A stretch of DNA of 64,000 nucleotides from Raja brachyura (Eukaryota), in NCBI GenBank assembly GCA_963514005.1, contig OY740813.1, forward strand, positions 14,818,001-14,882,000, given 5' to 3'. A program made the position numbers and the translations under genes. Below, in pieces: positions 50,261 to 62,150 of the stretch. A model generated the notes under the pieces. The model searched no databases. It had not been told where the DNA came from and worked only from the letters and a program-made list of their open reading frames with translations. Numbering within the stretch: position 1 is the stretch's first letter; the number at the start of each line of letters is the position of its first letter.

Positions 50261-52269
50261 GTGTGAATTGGCCTCTGTAAATTGCCCTGAGTGTGTCGTT
50301 GAGTGATAGAACCTGGGGGAGTTGATGGAATGTAGGTAGAATGGGATTAATGTAGGATTAGTGTAAATGGATAATTGGTCAGTATGGACTCGTTGATAAA
50401 GGGCCTGTTTCCATGGTTTATCTCTCTATGACACTTGGACCACAGGCCACTGTAACAATCAATTCTTTAGTGGATGTAAAATGACAACCTTCATTTAAAT
50501 AGAGCTTTAATGTCGTCAAATCATCTCAAGGTGCTTTGCAGTACCATTAGTAGGTATCAGATTGCCTTACTATGAGACAATAGCACCGTTGACCCAAAGC
50601 ATGGTCAAAGTGGTACATTTTAAGCAGTAGCTTACTAAGGGGAGGAGGTGCATAATTCCAGAACTCATATCCAGACAACTAAAGACATAGTCACAGAGCA
50701 CAGAACTGGGTCCTCTGGTCTAACTTATCTACGCTGACCCAAGATGCTCCATCTAAGCAAGTCCCTTAGCCCACGTTTGGCCCATGTCCTGCTAAAACAT
50801 TTATTTGCATGTACCCATTCTATGCCCTCCAGTTCTTGATACCAATAATTGAGGAATTTCAAATCTGGCATGCACAGGAAACCGGAACTGGGGATCTGAA
50901 AGACTTGTAGAAATTTATCAAAGCTTTCCAAAACTGCAAAACTATACGTAAGATGCAAATCCAGGGAAAACACAGCGCACCGTGCGTCTCCCAGCCTCAG
51001 TGTGATGGTGTAACTGCCTTTGATGGAATGGAATGTGTGGGATCTGCAGCCAGGGAATTAGTGAAATTTCCAGTTGGAAATATTTGGGAACTTCCTCTCC
51101 AACCCCAAATAAACTAAGTCACTCGTCAAGTTATAAAACTCTGCATTCTTGATATGAAAGAAAAGTTGTGGATTACTGTGCCTAATACAAATATAAACTA
51201 TTTACAATACAATTTTTAAAGAGCTTGCTCTGAACACAAACCCCTCCTCCAATTTCAGAATCCTGACACAATCCATTTTTATCTCATTACACAGGGAGAA
51301 GAAAAAAAAACAGAATTTCCAAGTAAATATCTCTGATCTACAGAGACACCATAGATGTTGATCTGCACCATCCGCATGAGCCAACGTAATGGCATCCCCT
51401 TTCAAAAGCCACTGAGCATGTCCCCTTCACCTCGAACATACACATGGGGGAGGTGGAAGTGGAGTGCAAACGTTATAGCAATTAATTACAGTAAGCACCC
51501 AATCCATCTTCCAAAGACCATCTTCTGAAGAAAGCTGCCCAAGGATGTAGTTGAGGCAGATACAATAACGATATATAAAATACATCTGTTTAGAGTGGTA
51601 TGAACCAAATGTGGTTATATGAGACTAGGTGGGGTATCTCAGTTGGCTTGGGCCGAAGGGCCTGTTTCCAAGTTGTTTGATTCTGAATCCTGTAAACTAA
51701 TATTTCCGCCATACAATAGATTTTCTAGGATCCAATCTTTTCTTCAAAGGGGGTGGCTTCTGAACCTTAACACCCATTTCAGAGGACAAATGCGATTTGG
51801 TTTCAGAGCACAACCAAAAGATACCTTCAACAGCATCACCTCGGTGTTACTCTGGAGTATCAGTCTAAAGTGTGTGATTGAACGCTGATTTGAATAACTT
51901 GAGACATCAGTCATAGAGCTCGACAGCGCAGAAACAAGTCCTTCAGAGTTCCATATCCGTGCTGACCAGGTTGGCCTGCATTTGTCCCATTTGCCTGCAT
52001 TTGTCCCAGATCCCTCTGTGCCTTCCTATTCATGTATGCCAAAATGTCTTAGAAGTCATAATTATATCCACATATAATAAAGATTTATCCTATCGTACAT
52101 GGATAGCTTCTTTTAGCAGTTTATTCCAGATATGGACTATCCTTTGAGTGAAAATATTGCTGCTGAGGTTCCTATTAAATCTCTCCCCTCTCACCTTAAG
52201 CCTTTGCCCTCTAGTTGTAGAATCCTCTATCCATTTGAAATGTGTTATGTTGCACAATAAAGTAACTTG

Positions 52270-52650
52270 AAGAGCTGATATCTGACAATTCCAGCGACTT
52301 GGGTTCATCCCTAGCCACGGATGCTGCCTATGTAGTGTATGCACATGTTCTGTCTGTTTAAAGAAGGTCCTGATCTAAAACATCACCTATCCACGTTCTC
52401 TAGAAATGCTGCCTGACTTGCTGAGTTACTCCAGCACTTTGTCTTTTTTTCTCTCTGTGATCACATGTTGTTTTACTTCGGGTGCTACTGTTTCCCCCAC
52501 ATCCCAAAGAATTGACCATTATGAATTCTCCATGGGTGGCAGTATCTGTGAGGAGTTAAGGGGAATGTAGAGAGAATAAAATGGGTTAAGTGTAAATGGG
52601 GGCTGCATGTTCAGCATTAATTCGATGAGGTGAAGGACCTGTATCCAATC
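52270..52650 (+). mobile_element. HE1-type SINE with a nested pLTR fragment (about 52355-52445)
   Basis: gggttcatccct B box and V-domain split by gaaggtcctgatctaaaacatcacctatcc...ctgagttactccagcac. Confidence 0.65.
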
Positions 52651-52794
52651 TCTTTCAAATAGCAGCAGAGAATATTTCAATGATAAGGGCTGGGGTGAAG
52701 GAAAGCCACAGAATTGGAGTTGTGTGCTAGGAACCCGAAGGAAGCGTATCTCCCGGGTTTGTCAGGCTACACATTCTGATACTGAACTGTCTTA

Positions 52795-53109
52795 TGGGGC
52801 TGTCCCACTGTACGAGCTAATTCAAGAGCTCTCCCGTGTTTTAAAAAAATCAAACTCGTGGAAGCACGTAGAATGTACGTAGCGGGTACGTCGGAGCACA
52901 GGTTGTCTCTTAGTAGCTCGTAACGTTAAAGGCAGGTACTCGGGAAACGTGGTAAGCTCGGGAAGACTCGTGAAGATTTTGCAACATGTTGAAAAATGTC
53001 CACGAGAGCCCCGAGTACCTACGAGTGGCTATTACCGTAATTCTCCGAGTTCGAATCAGGGGAAACTCGGGAGAACTCTTGAATTAGCTCGTACAGTGGC
53101 GCAGCCCCA
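52795..53109. mobile_element. PIF/Harbinger-type MITE (family B)
   Basis: About 47 bp TIR TGGGGCTGTCCCACTGTACGAGCTAATTCAAGAG...; TTA TSD at 52792-52794 / 53110-53112. Confidence 0.85.
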
Positions 53110-55489
53110 TTAAGCTCTTACAAAAACTACACATAGATAATTATAAACTAAAATATTGTGGTTTTGATCAGTTGATCCAGAAATATTTAGATCTATTAAG
53201 CAAATGTTGCAATTTTTCATTCTTGCTTTTGAAAATATTGCACATTCAAGAAGGTGTGAAAGAGTAAAAGAGGCTATTACTGAAAATATCTTGCTTGTAA
53301 TGAAAACCCCATCCTTCTATTTTGCACCTTGTGTTATCAACAAAAAAGTTCCATACAATGGAAGGTACAATAAAATCCTCAAGTCCTGAAAATTACCAAA
53401 TTATCATTTTGAAGTTGTATTTTCCATATGCATTAGTACATTGTCCCCTTTGGCTGATTTGGACAAGCTGTTGGGAGCAGGACAGGCAAAGCAGGAGATT
53501 CTCCTCTCAGACGGCTCATCCCTGCCCTCTTTGAGCTGTCGCCAAGACAACAACACCATTGTTGTGTGGGAATGTTGGTGCAATGGACTGCGAGAAGAAA
53601 ATAATTATTTCATTCAAGGGACAAAACACTAAAGCAAAAAAAAGGCATAATTAGATCCTTTGATGACTTGTGGGGTCAATGAAGGAAAATCAGAGTTAGT
53701 TAGATTGTGTGGAGCTGGCTGACTGGTTGGGGCTCTGCAGTGGAAGTCAGTTTCATACTTCAAGGGAAAAAAATGGCCACCCAGGGATCTGGTTTCAGAC
53801 TGCCATCTGAAGTCAGAGAGAAGAGGATTGGTCTGGTTTAAGATGTGTTTGCGCATGAAGAATACAAGTCTCTGGAGTTAGTGCTCCAGGAATTATGACC
53901 ATTGAGGATTAGAAATAAAAAGAACAAAAACTTGTAGATTCATTTATTGCTGCTATTGTGAACAGCATTCTTGTTGTCCAAAACCAGATGTCTTCCCATA
54001 GGGAAGGGCAGAATTAGAGTGTGCCATTTCCCCAATTTGCTGGCATGAGGGAATTCAGACACATGGAGATTAAGGGGGAGAGCATTACTGAATGATGCAG
54101 TAAGATCAGTGGACACTTGCCCTTTTCCAACTGTTTCTTTTCTAGTGTTCCGATTCCTGCCATGGATCAACAAGTAAAGATGCTTTATAACTGCCTTTCA
54201 CTTCTGAGGCTGCAATTGGACAATTGTTCTACGCTGGCTGCTCTGAACTGGGTCGGCAGTAGAGTTGCTGATGCGTGCCAACACAGGAAAGCCAGCTTCA
54301 ATAAGGGGGAGAAACACAGCCAACTCAAATAATTCCACAACCAATGCCTTGACTGGAGATCACATTTCACAACGTGGCTTGTTATTCCTTGCAAACTAAA
54401 TATGAAGGATTTGCATGTTTTATCTGAAAATGTGCGAAGACACTTAGGGGATCATTTTGACATTGGACCATCATACAAACCAGGCGATGTTAGTGCGGCC
54501 ACATTATCTGCTTTTGTTTCCAAGGAAATGGATATCAGGGGATGCAATTGATGATGTCTTTTCATTTCGCACAGTTCAAAATGGCCTCTGGAGGGTGCAA
54601 ATGCAAAATGATCTCATCCTAAGCTAAGCTGTAAACAAACCCACCAGTGTGATGTTCACACTGTTGTTGAGAAAATGTATCCACCAACTCCAAGACAAGG
54701 AAATAGCAGGTGCACTCCCCATGATTTTCCAGATTTTTAAAAGCTGGCATTTGACAATTTAATAAGCCTATTAGTGCAGAATCTTATTGGATGTTCTGAT
54801 CTGACACAGGACACATTTCCCTTAGGTGAAGCTCTCTCTTCGTGACTCCCAGGATGTATGATTCGGAGATTCCTTTCTGTCCTAACTGTCTCTAGCTTTC
54901 TTGTACAAATCTACCAATGATTTTCTGGCAACTGATCAGACTTTTAATTCGAACAAAATTATGAGAGCCTACTCGAAATTCCTTTCGGATGTTCCCCGGA
55001 ATATGTGGTGCCTAGACCGAGTGGGGAGGCCAATCTTGACCTCATCGGGACTTCTCGCGCCGATCGGTGGGTCGTTTTTTTCCCCCTGCAGCCGGGGCTC
55101 TGGAACTCCAACCGAACTGGTGCCGACAGATCCATTCCTGGAGCCAGGTTCTGCGGATCGGATCTGGGCCCTGTGGCTGGAACTCCGGCCTGGCCAGAGC
55201 CGGCAGATCAGTCCCATAGCCGACTCCCGAGGCCACCTTGGCTCCTCGGTGGAACGTCCTGGTACTTTTGGACTTTCTCGCAGGCCGTAACCTCTTGGTC
55301 CAGCAAAATAGATAATCCAGAAAGGCTCTGAAACAAGTGGTGCTGGAAAATTGGTGATAGACCTGTATTTGGATTAGGGGCACAGGCACTGTAAAATCAC
55401 CCATCAGTGGGTATAACTGATATATGGAATCACAGAGACAGGCAAAATAAATAGGGAGTGTGATGAAGAGCTTTGTGATGCAAGATGTC

Positions 55490-56075
55490 ATCAAGTCTAA
55501 TCCCCCACTGATGCACCATAGAAAGACTACTGTCAGGATGCATCACAGCTTGGTTTGGAAACAGCTCTGCCCAAGGCTGCAGGAAATTGCAGAGAGTTGT
55601 AAATGTAACTCAATACATCACACTGACCGGACTTCCCTCCCTTTGCGTCCATCTACACTTCATGCTGACTCAAAAAAGCAACCAACATAATCAAAGACAT
55701 CCCACCCAGTAATTCTTTCTTCTCCCTGCTCCTTTACAGCAGAAGGTACAGAAGTTTAAAATGGGGCTTAAAATACGTACCATGGGGCTCGAGAACAGCT
55801 TCTTCCCCTTTGTTATCAGGCTTCTGAATAATCCTTCCAGTTGCCAGAAAATAAGTTAGGGTGCTGTTCCATTCACCTCTACCCTATTGTGGACATTGAG
55901 CGATATCTGTAAAACTGATGTGCTATAATGCTGTGAATTATGTTCTGCATTCTGTATCCATTGTATTTGAATTTGACTTTATTGTATTTATGTAAGGTAT
56001 ATCTGATGTGTTTGGATACCATACAAAACAACATTTTTTTCACTGTATCTAGGTACACGTGACAATATTAACCCT
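55490..56075 (+). mobile_element. Rex1/Babar-like LINE 3' fragment
   Basis: LSGCITAWFGNSSAQGCRKLQRVV; NSFFPFVIRLLN; tail gtacacgtgacaata. Confidence 0.8.
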
Positions 56076-56169
56076 AAACCTTTTGGAAGATTTGACGGTC
56101 TCTGATTCTATCAGCCTTATAGGCAGTGAATTTGAAATTCCGCATCTCGAGGGCAGAGCTCGATGTAGA

Positions 56170-57350
56170 AGTTAGGCAGGCTAGGACTTTGTTCTCTCAG
56201 TTCAGGAAGCTGACGGGTATTTTTATAGAAGTGTATAAAATCATGAGGGGAATAGAAAGGGTGACTGCACAGTACTTTTCCCAGGATAGGGGAATTAAAA
56301 ACCAGAGGGTAAGGATTTAAGAGCTGAACGTTTTAATAGGAACCTGAGGGGCAAACTTTTCACAGAGAGTGGTGGGAATATCGACCAAGCTGCCCGAGGA
56401 AATGTTTCGGCCAGGTACAATAATAGCATTTAAATGACATTTTGACAGGTATGTGGATAGGAAAGGTTTAAAGGTATATGGGGCAAACACTAGCAAATAG
56501 AACTAGCTTAGATAGCCACTTGGGTTGGAATGGATAGTTTGGACGAAAGGGCCTGTTTCTGAGCTGTATGATGCCACTCTAAATGCCACTGGAATTGTAA
56601 CTCTTTACCATTTATATTAATTATTTAGATGAAGTGATAATATGAATTATATCCAAATCTGCTAATGACACATATAGTAAATTGTCAGGGTGTGAAGAGG
56701 GTGCAAAGAACCTGGAAAGAGATTATAGATGGGTTTGTCGAAGGGTCCTAACCCAAAACATCACCTATCCGTGTTGTCTAGGGACATTGCCTGACCCGCT
56801 GTGAGTGTGATGTGAGATTATCCCCTTTGAAAAGAAGAATGAAGGTGCAAAATATTATTTAAATGGAGTGTGAAAATAGGTTGTTGTGGTAGAGAGATCT
56901 GAAAATCTTACATGAAACATAAAGGATTGAAATGCAGGTACAACTAGTGATTCAAGACACTATAAGAATGTTGGCTTTAATAAAGTGTAAAAATAGGAAA
57001 ATATTGATTCAACAGATAGGTGATGTTTTGGGTTGGGACCCTTCTTCAAACCCATCCGTAATCTCTTTACAGGTTCTTTGCACCCTCTTAGGGCATAGTG
57101 GTGCCATGTGTAGTTTGGCATACAAGTTTGGTTTTAAATTTAAGGAAAGGTATAAATGGAGGCAAAGTATATAGTTCACTAAGTTGATTCCTAAGATGAA
57201 GGGATAATATATAAAACGTTTTGGAGAATGGAAGGAGATGTTCTCTTTATGGTAGTGTCTGGAATTAAGGGCATTGTTTAAGAATAGCATGTCACCATTT
57301 TCTGATGGAGATGTCGAAAATGTCTTCTCACGGAGTGTCATGAAGCCAAG
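56170..57350 (+). mobile_element. cluster of CR1-type fragments with two pLTR remnants (about 56740-56800, 57012-57050)
   Basis: FIEVYKIMRGIERV; decayed ADD.K / RDL / K.KNR motifs. Confidence 0.6.
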
Positions 57351-57967
57351 ACTGGGTTGGTGAATTGCGAATTGCACATTGAGGAAGAATCAAACCGAAT
57401 GTAACATTTTATGCATAATGAATATTAGATCTGAACATTTGTCAAGCAGTTCAATGAAAAGCTGACAATCGAAGTGGAAACCACCAAAAGGTCAAGCAAT
57501 CTACATTGCATAGGTTGCCAATAAAATTTGCAGTAGGTTGGTATAGTATTGACATTCTGTCCCAGATGCTGCAGGCTTAGTATTGATTTTCTCTACCACC
57601 TGTGGTCTATTTCTGCTGCAAGGCGTATCCAGGCAAGAGTGGATGGAAATACATCTGTCGGTCCTAAGGCAATCTTATTTTATAATTATTTTATAATCAG
57701 CTTTGTACTAGTGCAGCTTCATAATTATGTTTATTAGAATTCAGTTTATTCTAATCATTGTTGCTATTCACCATTCTGCTTTACCCACCACTATTGCAGG
57801 GAGGAATGGATTATTGTAGCATTAGTATAACTGAGTTGTTGATGGTCGGCATGGACTTGAAGGGCCCACTAGCATCTCTGTGACTCCATGCCTGTAAATA
57901 TATAGTTTGCAGAACTCACATTGTACAACTCCTGTTGCTCAACAAATAATTCAACAGAATTTAATGT

Positions 57968-58061
57968 CTGAAGAAGGGTCTTGACCCGAAAGGTCACCTA
58001 TTCCTTTTCTCTAGGGGTGCTGTCTGGCCCGCTGAGCTACTCCAGCTTTTTGGGTCAATGT
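57968..58061 (+). mobile_element. Penelope pLTR-only insertion starting exactly at the hammerhead core
   Basis: CTGAAGAAGGGTCTTGACCCGAAAGGTCACC; TSD AGAATTTA(A/G)TGT at 57956-57967 / 58062-58073. Confidence 0.75.
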
Positions 58062-58420
58062 AGAATTTAGTGTTAGTTGGCCCCAAACATTAATTTTCAA
58101 CCTTGAGGAATGTGGCTTTAGAATTAAATGATCATAGATAGAGACATGGTGAAGCTGATAGCAATCATTTTTTCAATGGAGCTGTGGATTAAAACTCCAG
58201 GTGTGTCATGGATAGGAAGATGGCAACCCAACTATCACTGAAGAAACCAGGCCGAGGTTTTAGGTATTTAGGTTTTACCGCATATTTATGAGGCATGGGG
58301 ATGGGTGGGCGGGGGAGACAGGGGGAATTTCATGGCTGAATGTCAATGCCTTTAGACATTTTGCTACATTAAAGGATTTATGTAAATTCCAGTTTGTGTT
58401 TGTGTCACCTTGAATTATCT

Positions 58421-59610
58421 CATAGAAACATAGAAAATAGGTGCAGGAGGAGGCCATTCGGCCCTTCTAGCCAGCACCGGCATTCATTGCGATCATGGCT
58501 GATCATCCCCAATCAATAACCCGTGCCTGCCTTCTCCCCATATGCCTTGATTCCACTAGCCCCTAGACCTCTACCTCGGGGTGAAAACGTTTTTTTCTCA
58601 CCTCAGTCTTAAAAGGCCTCCCCTTTATTCTAAGACTGTGGCCCCGGGATCTCCAGGGAAGAGTTGAGGAGAATGTGAGAAGAGTAAAATGGGATTAGTG
58701 TTGGATCATTATTTGGAAGGTTTTATCTTGTGAAGAAACAGAAGAAGGCTATTTAGCTCATCAGGCCCATGCCAACTCTTTATGTAGCACACTCATCAGT
58801 CGCTCTCCCTACCTCTTGTTGACCAACAAGTTAGTTTCTGTCATTTATCCATCAACATCCCTGCAGTTCATTTGCCACTTAACTACACAAAGGGATCATT
58901 TACAGAAGCCAATTAACTTACTGGCACATAGGGTCATAGCACAGGAATAGACCCTTCAGCTCAACTGAAATGTTCCATGTAAACTAATCTTATTTTCCCA
59001 CATTTAGCCCATATCCCTCTAAACCTTTCTTATCCTTGTACCTGTCCCAATGTATTTTAAATGATCTAACTGTTGTGACGTGATATAATTAGAATCATGA
59101 CAAGAATATTTCCTCTGATCAGGTAAAATAACATGAATGCTGTTATTGTAACAGCCTCCGCTACTTCCTCTGGCAGTTCGTTCAATATTCCCACCATTCT
59201 CAGTGTGGAAAAAAATTGCCCCTCAGATTCATACCTTTCCCCTCTCACCTTAAACCTAAGCCCTCTGGTTCTTGATTCCCCATATTCTGGGAAAAAGATG
59301 CTGTTCATTCACCGTATCTATTCCCCTCATGATTTTATACACCTCTAAAGACCATCCCTCAGCCTTCTGCGCTCCAAGGAATAAAATCCTAGCCTGCCCA
59401 ATCTCACCCTATAGCTCAGCCTCTCAAGTCGTTGCAACATCCATGTAAATCTCCTCTACATTTTTCCAATGTTGGGATATGGAGGAATTACAGCACCCAG
59501 TTATGAAAAGAACATGTAAACTCCACACCAACAGCACCTTGGGTTATGGAATTGAGCCTTGGTCTTTGGCGCTGTGAATTTGTAGCATTAATTGCTGTGC
59601 TACTATGCTG
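58421..59610 (-). mobile_element. nest of HER1/CR1 3' fragments and HE1 SINE pieces
   Basis: catagaaacatagaaaataggtgcagg tail; GESRTRGLRFKVRGER...NELPEEVAEA; V-SINE head at 59470-59610. Confidence 0.75.
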
Positions 59611-60344
59611 CCCATTATTTTCGTTGAGGTGCTTCCTGGCGATGGAAGTACAATTGTTGAGAATTTAAAGGCCTAGTCTACATTGCAGTGCTAGCCCCAG
59701 GAGGAGGAATTGTTTACTTTGAAGAAAGCACTCAACTATACCCAAAAGTACTTCTCAATATGATTGTAATCCCTCTGCAGCTTACACCAAGGATGAAGCA
59801 GGAAGGTTATATTTTCACAAGTATTTTCTGATACAAGATTCAGAAACAGGCTCAATTTTTAAACATTTTAATCCCTGTAAAAGCCCCCTTCATATATTAT
59901 ATCAACATAAACTATCAGTGCACCAAATTATCAAACTAATAACATCAAAAATGACATGAAGCCCATACATTTACAATGACTAAACCACAAAAGTACACAC
60001 CATTTTTAAGTTATCTTTGGAAATTGTATTTCATCATATCAAAGATAGTTCATCTTACAACTACATTTAAGAGACGGGAACTGAGTTCTCTTTTCTGGGG
60101 GACTGTTGCCAAATAGTTCAGCGATGTAATGAACTGTTTTTCAAACAGCACATTTTAAAAAAGTGGACGACTCCTAAAATACAACTGCCTCCCTCACATA
60201 CCCATCATTCTAACTCTCATGTGCACAGAAAGAAGAGGTACTCTTGCGTATAAGCACTTACCCTATTCTTATACATTTCATTCTATCTCTCTTCCTCGCA
60301 CAGAGATACAACTACTTTCTCCGACACATACATATCATTAACAT

Positions 60345-60381
<37 letters not shown>

Positions 60382-60420
60382 TCTCTTATTCACACTCAAA
60401 TCCCAACATTACAACACTCA

Positions 60421-60489
<69 letters not shown>

Positions 60490-60508
60490 GCACACACACA
60501 CGCACACA
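60345..60508. repeat. compound (CT)n/(CA)n microsatellite
   Basis: Directly visible dinucleotide runs about 190 bp into intron 1. Confidence 0.95.
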
Positions 60509-60693
60509 GTGGATAATGGTATAAAAGATCAGCTTGAAGAATAAATACAGGGGTACAAAACACAGTCAACTTCAGTTAAATATCCTTCTCTTTAAACTCT
60601 CTCACAGCTAACTGTTGAACTCAGGCATGAGACATTTATCTGCACAAATTTGCCTTTCTCAGCTTGGTTGTAAAATGAATAGTTGTGACTTAC

Positions 60694-60712
60694 TCAGTTT
60701 CTTCAGACTCAT
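60694..60712 (-). CDS. SH2D3C: SH2D3C long-isoform first coding exon (MSLKKL + first base of K)
   Basis: Minus strand gccaacATG AGT CTG AAG AAA CTG A|gtaagt: good Kozak and perfect donor. The phase-1 end joins exon 2 (A+AG=Lys) giving ...KKLKFFKFKGFG, paralleling the mammalian N-terminus ...SKKFKFFKFKGFG. Confidence 0.8.
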
Positions 60713-61200
60713 GTTGGCTCCTGTTAGAGGTTTTCTCTCATTTGGAACGGCAGTGAAGAACGGTTGGTGCACTGTTATGATGAAAAAAGAAACACTCCTC
60801 TGTGTCAGCCAGAGACGTTCATACTTTTACAACAGCCCCATCACATTTACAGCAGCTCCCCTTCTGCGTATCGCGTTGAATCACTTCCTGAGAGCTGTCA
60901 AATTTCTTGGCTGACTTCAAGAATGACAAGGTCACTCTCAGCTTCTCAGAGTATCTTTAATATAACATTTACTGACTCTTTTCTGAACCCTGAGTTTCAT
61001 CGCTTACTTAGAGTGTGTCATCTGTCTTTCCTATATGAATGCAGTTAGCTGTTAATGGCTTGTCTCTGACAGTTAGCCAAGACATCTGATTTCATTAAAT
61101 TCCTCTGAGGAGTTTCCCTTTAACCCATTGACGGCTGAGGGTTGCATTTTATTTATTTTTACGCTTGTCAAGATAAAGAGATAATGATCTGTTTAACTCA
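60713..61200 (-). promoter_or_regulatory. putative 5'UTR/promoter of the long isoform
   Basis: Repeat-free sequence upstream of exon 1 with an ETS site CACTTCCTG (60882-60890) and tandem GATA sites AGATAAAGAGATAA (61171-61184). Confidence 0.4.
60724..60741 (-). other. upstream ORF MRENL* in the putative 5'UTR
   Basis: ATG AGA GAA AAC CTC TAA ends 11 nt before the main ATG, out of frame. Only real if the TSS lies upstream. Confidence 0.35.
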
Positions 61201-61212
61201 GTTAACCATGGC

Positions 61213-61700
61213 AAGATTTTGCTCTGGTCACAGCATCGTTAACACTGTCAACCTGATAGAAAGATTTTGCTCTTGCTGTCGTTGCAACTTTGTGACATTT
61301 TATTCATGACAATAATATTTACTCTGGCCATTGTATAGTAGTGGTATTAACAATCTCTCACACCAGCGAGATTTGCTGTGGTCACTGTGCTTTAGTGACA
61401 CAGCAAATGTAACAAGATTTGCTCTTATTGCCGTGTACCTTAGAGGCATCATAAACATGCCAGAGAGCTTTGTTTTGTCCTCTGGTTTCTTAGTTTCACC
61501 ATTCAACACACCGGAAAGATTGCTATGTTCACTGCACATTAGTGACATCGTAAAACTGATGGGAAGATTTGCCCTGTTTGGTGTGTTCACTTTGACAAAA
61601 GATTTGTTAGTGGCAGTGTTAACCTTTGGGAAGATTTCCCCTGATTGCTCTGCATTTTAGTGGCAAAATAAACAAGCAAGGAAGATTTGTCCCAGCCGCG
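61213..61700. repeat. degenerate ~50 bp tandem array with AAGATTTG anchor and internal palindrome
   Basis: AAGATTT-like anchors at 61213, 61261, 61314, 61368, 61414, 61465, 61516, 61564, 61599, 61631, 61682. Confidence 0.7.
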
Positions 61701-61899
61701 ATATCTGTCTGAGATATTCGCCGCATGTTCTTTTCCTCCACCTGTACCGTGATCTTTCATCACAGGTCCTCCAACCAGCCCGTGCTATGCTCGCGGACCC
61801 TATCTCTGCACACATCAAGCTCCCATACTGATTGGAAGATGTACAGACTCTGTTATCCAACTGGATCATTCCAAACTGTTAGTTTTATGTCAATTCGGG

Positions 61900-62150
61900 A
61901 ATAGAGAGATCTGAACGAGCTCAAGCACACATCTTTGGAGAGCAGCAGGACAGGTTATTAAAGCAGTTAATAAAGCATAAAGAATCTTGGGCCTTATAAA
62001 TAGACGCTCAGAGTGCAAATGCATGGAAGGTCTGCTGAATCCCCAAGTACATACTATTTCATCCCCAGCTGGAGCATGGTGCCCCATTGCGGAGACCACA
62101 ATGGAAAGGACTTAAAGGAGATTCACTTCAATGGCTTCAGAATTAACAGT
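61900..62150 (+). mobile_element. old CR1 fragment
   Basis: RDL...QQDRLLKQ; ccccagctggagcatggtg (RPQLEY-like) remnants. Confidence 0.5.

Noticed and set aside
61213-61700. CRISPR-like repeat-spacer array
   Set aside because: Vertebrate context, no cas genes, repeats highly degenerate and the intervening parts mutually similar; treated as a decayed tandem repeat.
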